Below, in pieces: positions 48,523-57,683 of a DNA stretch of 58,697 nucleotides. The stretch lies in contig JAJYJW010000002.1 in assembly GCA_021789155.1 (NCBI GenBank), positions 1-58,697 of the forward strand, given 5' to 3'. This DNA is from Candidatus Micrarchaeota archaeon (GTDB taxonomy: Archaea > Micrarchaeota > Micrarchaeia > Micrarchaeales > CABMGC01). The notes under the pieces were generated by a model. It made no database searches. It had not been told where the DNA came from and worked only from the letters and a program-made list of their open reading frames with translations. How positions within the stretch are numbered: position 1 is the stretch's first letter; the number at the start of each line of letters is the position of its first letter. The position numbers and the translations under genes were made by a program.

Positions 48523-49353
48523 TCACTCGCTATTCAGCAGATTGCTTGCGAGCTTCCTCATGTACCCCTCAGGCACATTGTTTGCTGCATATGATGCCCA
48601 ATCCTTTCCGAATGGGATGTGCATGCTGAGCCTTGCCCCCTTCTTGAGAAGCCTGTTTATCTTCTTCGAGCTGTATCCTAATTGAAACTCAAAAATTAAA
48701 GATTTTTTGTACTTTGGCCACACTTTTAACAGCTTGTCTATGTCCTTGTCGCCCAATGAAAGGAGCACTGTGCTTTTGGATGAATCAAGGATTTGCTTTA
48801 TCTTGTCAACGTATTTCAGGTCGTGCTTGACGTTCTCGCCGTTGCACATTACCTTTATGCTGCGCGCTTTCCTGTTCTTCTTTATGAACTTTAGCGCATT
48901 GGTTACGTCGCTGAACGCCAATCCAACGTCTGTTCTGTTTGCTATAGCATTTATGAAGTTGTATTCTTTGTAAAGATCGTGAACTTCGAACCACGTGAAT
49001 ATGTTGTGCTTTGAAGAAAGTGCGTTTATCGCATCCATGTTCTTGTTGCACACGTCTTCGGACAGGGAACTGCCTATCTGCTCCAATGGCATGTGTATGC
49101 ATGCGCTTAACCCCATTCTCTTCAATTCCCTTATCAGTTGCATGTAGGTATTTGCTATGTAATTCGCTTTCGTGCTGTCCTTCGGTTCCCTTGATATGAA
49201 AGTAATAGAAACTGGAAGGCCTCTGGCATTGAACTGCTTCGCCTTTCCTATAGCAGAGCTCATCGTAGGGCCAGCTATGTGCTTTCTAACCAGCCTGAAT
49301 ACCACTTTCTCAACGAATGATTCTTTCTGCATCGAAACCTCTCTAGGCGTCAT
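48523..49353 (-). CDS. degenerate proline-dehydrogenase-like protein
   Basis: HIAGPT, FEFQLG and IPFGKDW resemble monofunctional PRODH, but the FAD/substrate motifs are altered. Confidence 0.55.
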   Translation of the reverse strand: MTPREVSMQKESFVEKVVFRLVRKHIAGPTMSSAIGKAKQFNARGLPVSITFISREPKDSTKANYIANTYMQLIRELKRMGLSACIHMPLEQIGSSLSEDVCNKNMDAINALSSKHNIFTWFEVHDLYKEYNFINAIANRTDVGLAFSDVTNALKFIKKNRKARSIKVMCNGENVKHDLKYVDKIKQILDSSKSTVLLSLGDKDIDKLLKVWPKYKKSLIFEFQLGYSSKKINRLLKKGARLSMHIPFGKDWASYAANNVPEGYMRKLASNLLNSE

Positions 49354-49404
49354 TTCTGAATTGCGAAAAATTGCTGAAGCTACGCGGGTTGCCTCCTAAT
49401 TATA

Positions 49405-50694
49405 TTGCATACAAGGGTTCTTAAATCCTTTGCGACGCAGAAGAATAATATGGAGCACGTTTCCAAATCAAGGGGCATCAGTGGAGAAATCAAGAGATCT
49501 GCAGACGATTTCATAGTAGAAGAGATTTCGAAAAATGGGGGCTTGCTGAAAATTAACCAGGATTTCAGTGCTGCACAGCTAGGTGAAAAAGAAGATGCGG
49601 ATGGCAAATTCGCCAAGTTCGTATTGCAGAAGAAGAACTGGGACACGATAAGGGCGCTTATGGTGGTAGCGAAAACAGTTGGCAGGGGCGTAAAATCCAT
49701 AGGCTACTCTGGAATGAAGGACAGAATATCTACATCTACGCAGTTGGCTAGCATTTACGGGGTTAACGCATCTGCACTTAGCAGGGTTAACCTCAGAGAT
49801 TTGAGGATATGCGGAGCATGGCAATCCTCAACCGCCGCGAGTATGGGCGACCTTCTAGGCAATCATTTTACCGCAAGGATTTGCGATTCGTATGCGTCTG
49901 ACGAGAAGATTATAACAATAAATGAGGAGCTTAACGGAAGAATAGCAAACTATTTCGGCAAGCAGAGATTCGGAATAAGGGGAAACAACGCGAACATCGG
50001 ACTTGCGATAATGCGCGGAGACCTTGAAAACGCAGTCATGGATTTTCTCACAAACACCAAACATGAAACCAACGAGGAAAGCGTAACGGCAAGGGAGAGA
50101 TTGGCACAGGACAGGGATTTCGATGCAGCATTGAAATATTTTCCAATGCACTTGCGGAACGAACGCAGAGTAATATCGAAATTGGCCGCTAATGGAGGCG
50201 ATTACGCGAATGCGTTGCGTTCTATTCCTAGGGGAACGAGCATAATGTTCATCCACGCAGTTGAATCGCAGATATTCAACGATGAACTCAACATGCGCAT
50301 AAAAAGCAACGACATGGAAAATGCTCTGCTATACTGCGGCTTGAACGGCTACGGCTTCCCAGACATAAAGAATCTTACTGCTGAGAAAATGGATGGGGCG
50401 CTACCAGTAGCGCCGTTAATCGGATACAACACAAAACCCGAACACATAAACAGCTACGAAGAAGAAATAATGGAAAAGATGGGCTTGCACGTCGAGGATT
50501 TCAAAGTTAAGAAAATGCCTGAACTAGGAATGAAAGGAACGGAGCGCGCTCTTATGATAAACTATCTTGATTTCAACTACAAGATAGAGGAAAAAGACGC
50601 AATATTCGAATTTTCGCTGCCCGCTGGTGCCTATGCCACAATGCTCCTAGAAGAATTCACAAAGAACGAGAATCAGAATCATGGTGTTGAATAA
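49405..50694 (+). CDS. truD: tRNA pseudouridine(13) synthase
   Basis: DFIVEE, GMKDR, GNHF, NYFGKQRFG and FSLPAGAYAT. Confidence 0.93.
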   Translation: MHTRVLKSFATQKNNMEHVSKSRGISGEIKRSADDFIVEEISKNGGLLKINQDFSAAQLGEKEDADGKFAKFVLQKKNWDTIRALMVVAKTVGRGVKSIGYSGMKDRISTSTQLASIYGVNASALSRVNLRDLRICGAWQSSTAASMGDLLGNHFTARICDSYASDEKIITINEELNGRIANYFGKQRFGIRGNNANIGLAIMRGDLENAVMDFLTNTKHETNEESVTARERLAQDRDFDAALKYFPMHLRNERRVISKLAANGGDYANALRSIPRGTSIMFIHAVESQIFNDELNMRIKSNDMENALLYCGLNGYGFPDIKNLTAEKMDGALPVAPLIGYNTKPEHINSYEEEIMEKMGLHVEDFKVKKMPELGMKGTERALMINYLDFNYKIEEKDAIFEFSLPAGAYATMLLEEFTKNENQNHGVE

Positions 50695-51554
50695 CCAGAT
50701 TCCCAGTTGCTCGTGAAAGTAACTGCGCTTGTCACTCCATTCTTGTTGTTGCCCGAATAGTCCTTTGCATCGCCGTTTAGCGGCCACCATCCCACTAAGT
50801 TGTTGAGCTTTACTGGTGCGCCGCCGATGCCTTCATTGTACAACGCAGTAATTTCGTTTGCCGAGAGTGTGGCATTGTACACCTGCATGTTTGACATGTA
50901 GCCATACAGGGAATTCGCAGTATATCCTTTTCCGAGAGTCATCTGCACGTTGTTTACCTGCGCAGGGGCATTTACATACGTTGCAGTATTTTGAAGTGCG
51001 CCATTGAGATATGATATGACATTCTTTGGAGATGCAGAACGCGTTATTGTTATCAGCATCCATTTGCCAGGTTCGAAGGTTCCTGCGGGAAACATCACGA
51101 GGCTCTCGTAGCTACATCCGCTATAGCTTTGATAAAAATACAGACTTCCATCGGACCACGCAGTAGCGGTGAAATCGTTGCACAAACCCTGATCAAAAGG
51201 ATTGAAACCTCCTGACAATGGCGCATTCTTCAGATATATCCAAAACGATATGCTCATTGTAGCAGGCAGAGCGAAATTTATTCCAGTGGTAATCTGTGAG
51301 CTTGCACCTCCATTAAAAGATGCGACGTATTGGGGAAGCTCGCCATTGCAAATTCCCTGAAGATTGATGAACGATGTAGTCATCGGTCCATTAGGACGAA
51401 AAACATGGCAAGCGCCTGGCGGCGCCTTGGGTGTAAAAGTAGACGCATTGAAGATTCCTAGTTGGAAGAGTGCCCCGAGTACTACTGCAATGATGAGTAT
51501 TGCCCATCCGTAGGTCATGAGGTATTCCATTGCAGATTGAAGTTTTGTTGCCAT
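50679..51554 (-). CDS. pilin-like (class III signal) LamG/ConA-domain protein A
   Basis: QSAMEYLMTYGWAILII, a LamG-like core and LVGWWPLNGDAKDYSGN. Confidence 0.88.
   Translation of the reverse strand: MATKLQSAMEYLMTYGWAILIIAVVLGALFQLGIFNASTFTPKAPPGACHVFRPNGPMTTSFINLQGICNGELPQYVASFNGGASSQITTGINFALPATMSISFWIYLKNAPLSGGFNPFDQGLCNDFTATAWSDGSLYFYQSYSGCSYESLVMFPAGTFEPGKWMLITITRSASPKNVISYLNGALQNTATYVNAPAQVNNVQMTLGKGYTANSLYGYMSNMQVYNATLSANEITALYNEGIGGAPVKLNNLVGWWPLNGDAKDYSGNNKNGVTSAVTFTSNWESGYSTP
51352..51533 (-). repeat. 182-bp inverted repeat with 57705-57886
   Basis: 5' blocks of genes A and F match at 180/182 positions, including synonymous sites. Confidence 0.9.
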
Positions 51555-51561
51555 GTTATCA

Positions 51562-52419
51562 CTAAGGTGCAGAATAACCTGCTTCCCAACTACTCGTGAA
51601 GCTTATCCCAGACGCAGCCCCATTAGCATTGTTTCCAGAATAGTCCTTCGCATCGCCATTCAAAGGCCACCATCCAACAAGATTGTTCAGTTTCACGGGT
51701 GCGCCGCCTATCCCTTCGTTGTATAGTGCTGTTATTTCATTCGAGGTTAATGACGAATTGTATATCTGAACATTTGCAATCTGCCCGGCAAAGTAGTGAA
51801 CCCAGGAGTATCCGATCTTCGTAGAAATATAGTTGGCATATGGACTTATCGAGCTCCAGCTGGTGTATGAGACCGTTTGTGGGATACCATTAACGTATAT
51901 GCCAAACACGCTGCCAGAACTTGTTATGACTAGGTTATACCACGTGCTAGTTGAAAATGTAGCTGTTGAAGATGCAATCTGATCTGTACCGTATGCAGTA
52001 TACCCTGCACCAGAACCACTAATCCACACCTGGTAACCGCCCCCTCCATTCTTCAGATTACCCAATATGGAACCTCTGGCATTTGACGATAGCTCTATCC
52101 ATGCAGAAAGTGAATACGTGCTTTGTGGATACCAGTCACTTGCTACAGTATTCAAATCTACGTAATTACTTACGCCGTTGAATTTCGCGACGTATTGCGG
52201 CAATTCTCCATTGCATATTCCCTGAAGATTGATGAACGATGTTGTTCCAGGTCCATTAGGACGAAACACATGGCAAGCGCCAGGCGGCGATTTCGGCGTG
52301 AATGTTGAAGCGTTAAAAATACCCAACTGGAATAATGCACCTAATACTACTGCTATGATGAGTATTGCCCATCCGTAAGTCATGAGGTATTCCATCGCGC
52401 TTTGAAGGGTGTGTTTCAT
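51562..52419 (-). CDS. pilin-like LamG-domain protein B
   Basis: Same architecture; start at MKHTLQSAMEY with a GAGGT RBS overlapping the stop of gene C. Confidence 0.88.
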   Translation of the reverse strand: MKHTLQSAMEYLMTYGWAILIIAVVLGALFQLGIFNASTFTPKSPPGACHVFRPNGPGTTSFINLQGICNGELPQYVAKFNGVSNYVDLNTVASDWYPQSTYSLSAWIELSSNARGSILGNLKNGGGGYQVWISGSGAGYTAYGTDQIASSTATFSTSTWYNLVITSSGSVFGIYVNGIPQTVSYTSWSSISPYANYISTKIGYSWVHYFAGQIANVQIYNSSLTSNEITALYNEGIGGAPVKLNNLVGWWPLNGDAKDYSGNNANGAASGISFTSSWEAGYSAP

Positions 52420-52429
52420 AGCTAGTACC

Positions 52430-53308
52430 TCATGGTGCGCTGTATCCTGCAGACCAGCTACTGGTGAATGAAATGGCTGTGGCAGCACCATTGTTGTTAT
52501 TGCCCGAATAGTCCTTCACATCGCCATTGAGCGGCCACCAGCCTACAAGATTGCTTAACTTAATCGGAGCAGCACCTATGCCCCCATTATACAACGCTGC
52601 TATTTCATTGGAGGACAAAGATGCGTTGTATACCTGCACGTTGCTCATTAAACCCGTAAAGTACTGTCCACCTGTGCCTAGCTGCCCCAGAAACATGTGA
52701 TGGGTCGAATCAAAGAGAAGAGGAGTGTTCGAAGTATATGCTCCTGATCCAAGATTCGTTCCATCTACGTATGCTGTCCAGCCCGTAGTGGTAACGGCAA
52801 AGCATCCTTGATACCAAGTGTCTGCACCGAAATTGTAAGTCACATATCCGCTGATTTCTATCCAATTGCTTCCAGTCCCGATGTCATTATACCATTTATT
52901 TCCAGGAGTTGCCAGTTGCATGTCAAAAGAATAATCGCCTGGACCTCTAGAGGACAAAATTTCCGGCCCACCTGTTAACACTGAAGGATTGAACCAGGCA
53001 CAAGTCGTGAAAGAATTTTTTACTGTAGTGGGTATAGCAGTAACATAACCAGCGCCATTGAACTTAGCAACATACTGCGGCAATTCTCCATTGCAAATTC
53101 CCTGAGTATTTATGAAAGAGGTTGTTCCTGGGCCATTAGGACGAAAAACATGGCAAGCGCCTGGCGGCGCCTTTGGGGTGAAAGTAGAAGCGTTGAATAT
53201 GCCTAGCTGAAAGAGTGCACCAAGCACGACCGCTATGATGAGGATTGCCCACCCATAAGTCATTAGGTATTCCATTGCGGACTGCAGCATGAGATTGTTA
53301 TTTCGCAA
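52430..53308 (-). CDS. pilin-like LamG-domain protein C
   Basis: Same architecture as A and B. Confidence 0.88.
   Translation of the reverse strand: MRNNNLMLQSAMEYLMTYGWAILIIAVVLGALFQLGIFNASTFTPKAPPGACHVFRPNGPGTTSFINTQGICNGELPQYVAKFNGAGYVTAIPTTVKNSFTTCAWFNPSVLTGGPEILSSRGPGDYSFDMQLATPGNKWYNDIGTGSNWIEISGYVTYNFGADTWYQGCFAVTTTGWTAYVDGTNLGSGAYTSNTPLLFDSTHHMFLGQLGTGGQYFTGLMSNVQVYNASLSSNEIAALYNGGIGAAPIKLSNLVGWWPLNGDVKDYSGNNNNGAATAISFTSSWSAGYSAP
52488..52594 (-). repeat. 107-bp perfect inverted repeat with 57507-57613
   Basis: 3' blocks of genes C and E are identical (TTGTATAATGGGGGC...AACAATGG). Confidence 0.9.
53076..53134 (-). repeat. 59-bp perfect inverted repeat with 56964-57022
   Basis: GGCCCAGGAACAACC...GAATTGCCGCA is identical in genes C and E. 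Confidence 0.9.
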
Positions 53309-53411
53309 GCAATTTCCCGCAAAGAATATTCATCGTATACTTAAAAACATTTTGCAGAGTAGGCTATATTCTGGAATGGTTAAAATAAAAAGAAAGAGAA
53401 TGAAGGTACAA

Positions 53412-53996
53412 TTATTGTACCTTCGCAGTGAGGGTTGCAACCTTCACAGTTATCATAGGGTTTGATCCGCCAGGCGCTCCGCTCTGAAGAGTGTAGTTCA
53501 TCCATAGGGAACCGCTAAATGACTGGCCTACGGCAATATTCGTTACCGCATTGGCATTGGTGTCGAAGCACTTCAAATTGCTTACTGTAGCGGTTTGTCC
53601 GCTAGTAAGTGTCAGTGCAACTGCATCTTGTCCAGGTGCATTTGCAGTTAGTGCGTTAGCTGCGCCGCTACTGTCTATATATACTACAGCACTTGACGGG
53701 TTAGGCGTTCCTCCAGAGGAGGTTGTAGCTACACAGCCAAGTCCAACGTTGTAATATGATGTTCCAGTACTTTGTCCTATCTGGATTGACAAGTTGCCGT
53801 TAGTGCCGAGTTGAGGGGACTGACACAAGAATCCTGGACCTGCTATGCATGTTACTCCTATGAAAGAGCTGCTGCTGAAAATTCCAAGGCTGAACAACGC
53901 TCCTAGCACAACTGCTATGATGAGGATTGCCCATCCGTAGGTCATCAGGTATTCCATTGCAGATTGAAGTTTCATGTTTGACATGCAATCATTCAC
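53412..53996 (-). CDS. short archaeal type IV pilin D (no LamG domain; candidate major pilin)
   Basis: MKLQSAMEYLMTYGWAILII plus CIAGPGFLC and an S/T/G-rich head. Confidence 0.85.
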   Translation of the reverse strand: MNDCMSNMKLQSAMEYLMTYGWAILIIAVVLGALFSLGIFSSSSFIGVTCIAGPGFLCQSPQLGTNGNLSIQIGQSTGTSYYNVGLGCVATTSSGGTPNPSSAVVYIDSSGAANALTANAPGQDAVALTLTSGQTATVSNLKCFDTNANAVTNIAVGQSFSGSLWMNYTLQSGAPGGSNPMITVKVATLTAKVQ

Positions 53997-54066
53997 TATG
54001 CTTAAGTAGTATATATTTAAATTACTTGCTTTGCCTTAAGAGGATAAGTCAGAGGACAAGCAGAGC

Positions 54067-54603
54067 TTATTTAGCTACCTGCTTGTTCTCGTATGAAACT
54101 ATTTTGTAAGTTCCAGAAAGCTTCTTCGAAGCTCTTTTCAATGCTTCATGAGCTATTTTTTTGTTTGCCCCTGCAGTCTTCAGTTCAAATACTGCCTGGC
54201 CCGCAAACATTCTCGCAGCAACGGAGCTTGGCCTTCCGAATGAGAGGGCCATACCCTGGGATATACGGTCTGCTCCCGCACCAGTTGCCCTTTTCTTTTC
54301 CCTTATTATGTCGTGCGGATAAGGCACTACTCTGAGGGAATAGTTGTTTGGCACTTTCCTCTCAAGGTACTTGTTTGCTATCTGACGCGCAGCTTCCAGA
54401 GAATTTGATCTCAACTTGAAGTTCTGCTCTATTGTCAGTTTGAACGTTGTGTCAAAGCTCTTGGTCTTGTTTCCCATATTGAATACCAGCAGGCTTGTGT
54501 GCGGTAGCGACTTTATGAAGTTCTTTCTGGGTTTCCTTATGGAATAACGACTCCATGCTTGGCTGTTTATTTTTCTAACTGCCCTTCCTGGCCTTAATCT
54601 CAT
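54067..54603 (-). CDS. rpl10e: 50S ribosomal protein uL16 (L10e)
   Basis: LEAARQ, YPHDIIRE, GAGADRISQGM, FGRP and ALKRASKKL. Confidence 0.95.
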   Translation of the reverse strand: MRLRPGRAVRKINSQAWSRYSIRKPRKNFIKSLPHTSLLVFNMGNKTKSFDTTFKLTIEQNFKLRSNSLEAARQIANKYLERKVPNNYSLRVVPYPHDIIREKKRATGAGADRISQGMALSFGRPSSVAARMFAGQAVFELKTAGANKKIAHEALKRASKKLSGTYKIVSYENKQVAK

Positions 54604-54784
54604 CTTTACACCAAATCAAATGCAATACACGAGCTTTCCTAGCGAAATTGCTTCGCAAGAACTAGTACTCGCGATAATTTATTTGCTAGTAACCCTATAT
54701 ATTCCTTTCTGTAGCCGTTGCAACGCATGGTGACGTAACTCGGGAATGGTTTAAATAGATTTAAGCGGAACGAAATGTGATTGC

Positions 54785-55204
54785 ATGATTACCCGAAACA
54801 AGATTTCAAACTATGACGAGCCAATTCAGATGATCGACATAGTGAGGAGTAATGCAGTAAAAGCAAGCGATGCCGATGTAGAAAACGTGTTGTCTCGCAT
54901 TTCTGCCGCATTTACAATGGTTCCTATACTCTACAGAGTATGCTTGAACAACATGAATGTGCCTGAACCTCTTCAAGAATCAAAAAAGTTGTTGCTGGAA
55001 CACCAAGATGCAAGAATACGCGAAATGATAAAAGACAAAGGCTGGCAATTTGACAGTTCAAGGGAAATAACATACGATGAATATTTCCCAGAATTCCTCC
55101 AGCGGCACGAAGCCCTTGTAGATGAGATAAATAGCAACATAATGCGCCAGCTCATGGAAAAAAACACCAGCCTGAAAACGGTAAAACGTCTTGATGATGT
55201 ATGA
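54785..55204 (+). CDS. hypothetical protein
   Basis: 139-aa ORF with an upstream TTTAAATA box. Confidence 0.55.
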   Translation: MITRNKISNYDEPIQMIDIVRSNAVKASDADVENVLSRISAAFTMVPILYRVCLNNMNVPEPLQESKKLLLEHQDARIREMIKDKGWQFDSSREITYDEYFPEFLQRHEALVDEINSNIMRQLMEKNTSLKTVKRLDDV

Positions 55205-55249
55205 GCAAGCTTTAAATTTCTACCAGTTAATATAATAACATCTGGTTTA

Positions 55250-56791
55250 ATGTCAAAGTTCCTTAACGCGAACTTCTTGGGTAGGTTCCTCACAATATTC
55301 TTGTTTCTTCTCTTATCAATTGCAGGGTTAATATTCTCAATATACCTATTTTCGGTGTCTAGCAACTTCTACATGTATGTGCTCGCAATATCCTTTACCA
55401 TTCTTTCTGTAGTTTCAGGCTTCTTCAACATTTATGCATCAGTCTGGTATTTCCGCTCGTTCTTTTACGATGATTATCTGGCAAAAGTAACGGAGGAAGC
55501 AGGCAAGCTTGAATCTTACCCTACGGTAGCGGTTGCCATGCCTACATTCAACGAAGATCCTGATCTGATAGCAAAGAACATGGCAGAACTAAAGAAGATG
55601 AATTATCCTAAGGACAAGATTCGTTTCTACCTTCTAGATGACTCTACAAAGAAAGAGGTAAGCGCTAAACTTGTCGAAGCAGCAAAGAAGCACGGATTCG
55701 AGTATTCTCATAGGGAGGATCGCACTGGATTCAAGGCAGGGAACATAAACGGTCTTGTTGCGAGGGCAAACGAAGAGTTTCTGGCAATATTCGATTATGA
55801 TGAATTCCTCACGGATAAGGATTTCCTTCTTGATACTCTCCCATTTTTCAAAGACAAGAAGCTTGCACACATCCAAACAGAGAAGAGGTACGCAAAGCAT
55901 TCCTTCTTTTCAGATACAGTCGATATATTCGACGCGTTTTTCTTCAAGTTCATAGAGCCTGCCAGAGCGCTGAATAACACTGCGGTTTTCTGCGGTTCAT
56001 GCGGTGTAGTTAGGATGTCAGTTCTGAAGGAAATGAACGGCTTCCCTACTTTCGTGATAGAGGATACTTTCTTCAGTTTCGAATCGGATATGCTCGGCTA
56101 TAAAGGGCTGTATTTGCCAAAGGTTTATGCTCTTGGAAAACCGATAAAGACCTTCACCGAATTAAGTTCGCAGCAGTGGCGCTACAATTATGGTGATACT
56201 CAGTTCATATCCTATTTCCTAAAGAAGAAGAACAAGAAAGGCTCGCCAATGGCAAAAGTTGATTACATTACTCACGGATTCGGGCTTAATTATCTATCTG
56301 TGGTGGTTCTGCTTTTCACAATAGTCTCGATAGGATTGGTATTCACATATATCCCGTTTGCACATATCAACTTCTACGCGTTGACTGACGCATCGCAACT
56401 TTCCCTTTACATTGAGCTTCTGGGATTGTTCGCATTCACGCTTTCTCTGCTCACGCCGGTATTCCTTACTAAAATATACTTCGGTTCTTTCTCTAAAGGA
56501 TTCATGGTTTTTCTCCTGAACTATACTCTCACTTTCATAAGGACAAAAGCAGCAATAGCCTCATTCTTGAAGGGTAATCCTAGAAAAGGATGGCTTAGGC
56601 AAACCGAGGATACTGTTCATAACATACGTTATGCATTGAGCAATACGAAAACCGAAGTGGTTTTCTCGTCTGTTCTTTTCTTCGCTGGCGCATTCGCGTT
56701 GTTCAACTACAATATCTCTGGCGGCATTTGGATGCTTTGGTATGCAGTGCTGTACGGTCTTACCGTTGTAATGTTCTACAAATACGGGTAG
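55250..56791 (+). CDS. processive membrane GT2 glycosyltransferase (cellulose-synthase-like)
   Basis: PTFNE, LDDS, FKAGN, FDYD, IEDT and QQWRY (QxxRW variant), with TM segments on both sides. Confidence 0.88.
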   Translation: MSKFLNANFLGRFLTIFLFLLLSIAGLIFSIYLFSVSSNFYMYVLAISFTILSVVSGFFNIYASVWYFRSFFYDDYLAKVTEEAGKLESYPTVAVAMPTFNEDPDLIAKNMAELKKMNYPKDKIRFYLLDDSTKKEVSAKLVEAAKKHGFEYSHREDRTGFKAGNINGLVARANEEFLAIFDYDEFLTDKDFLLDTLPFFKDKKLAHIQTEKRYAKHSFFSDTVDIFDAFFFKFIEPARALNNTAVFCGSCGVVRMSVLKEMNGFPTFVIEDTFFSFESDMLGYKGLYLPKVYALGKPIKTFTELSSQQWRYNYGDTQFISYFLKKKNKKGSPMAKVDYITHGFGLNYLSVVVLLFTIVSIGLVFTYIPFAHINFYALTDASQLSLYIELLGLFAFTLSLLTPVFLTKIYFGSFSKGFMVFLLNYTLTFIRTKAAIASFLKGNPRKGWLRQTEDTVHNIRYALSNTKTEVVFSSVLFFAGAFALFNYNISGGIWMLWYAVLYGLTVVMFYKYG

Positions 56792-56798
56792 TGGTGCT

Positions 56799-57674
56799 TT
56801 GCCAACAAAACTTCAATCCGCAATGGAGTATCTCATGACTTACGGATGGGCAATCCTCATCATAGCTGTAGTATTGGGTGCGCTTTTTCAATTGGGAATC
56901 TTCAATTCCGCTACATTTACGCCCAAGGCGCCGCCAGGCGCATGCCACGTCTTCAGGCCAAACGGCCCAGGAACAACCTCTTTCATAAATACTCAGGGAA
57001 TTTGCAATGGAGAATTGCCGCAATACGTCGCGAAATTCAACGGCGCTGGAAGCATAACAGTACAAAGCAATAACCAAATTACCAATTACAAAAATAAAAT
57101 TACATATGTAATATGGTTTAATCCTTCTATATCAAGCAGCACAATGAGTGATACTGGATTTATGTCTCAAGTCACCGGAAACAACGAGTATATCGATTTT
57201 CTTCTCCATGCAGGATATCTGAGGTACGAAGTGGTCAATTTTTCGGATATTGCAAATCAAGGAGGATCTTTTTTGACGATTTCTCCAGTGAGTGCAGGTT
57301 CGTGGTATCAAGCGGCGTTGACCTATGATGGCGCAACTCTTACCGGTTACCTCAATGGAGTGTTTCAAGCATCCAGAACGCTGAATACAAATATGCCTAC
57401 AAATACAAATCCCCTGCTTCTTGGTTATTACGTCAATTATTTCAAAGGATCTTTAGTTAATGCGCAGATATACAACTCAACTCTTTCCGCCAACGAAATT
57501 ACTGCATTGTATAATGGGGGCATAGGTGCTGCTCCGATTAAGTTAAGCAATCTTGTAGGCTGGTGGCCGCTCAATGGCGATGTGAAGGACTATTCGGGCA
57601 ATAACAACAATGGGGTTCCAACTACTGGCGTTACGTTCATGAGCAATTGGGAATCAGGGTATTCTGCACCATGA
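56799..57674 (+). CDS. pilin-like LamG-domain protein E
   Basis: Same architecture, opposite strand to A-C. Confidence 0.88.
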   Translation: MPTKLQSAMEYLMTYGWAILIIAVVLGALFQLGIFNSATFTPKAPPGACHVFRPNGPGTTSFINTQGICNGELPQYVAKFNGAGSITVQSNNQITNYKNKITYVIWFNPSISSSTMSDTGFMSQVTGNNEYIDFLLHAGYLRYEVVNFSDIANQGGSFLTISPVSAGSWYQAALTYDGATLTGYLNGVFQASRTLNTNMPTNTNPLLLGYYVNYFKGSLVNAQIYNSTLSANEITALYNGGIGAAPIKLSNLVGWWPLNGDVKDYSGNNNNGVPTTGVTFMSNWESGYSAP

Positions 57675-57683
57675 TGTGAGCTG

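Noticed and set aside
52420..52491. N-terminal extension of pilin gene B given in the ORF track
   Set aside because: It overlaps gene C; ATG at 52419 with a GAGGT RBS matches the paralog starts.
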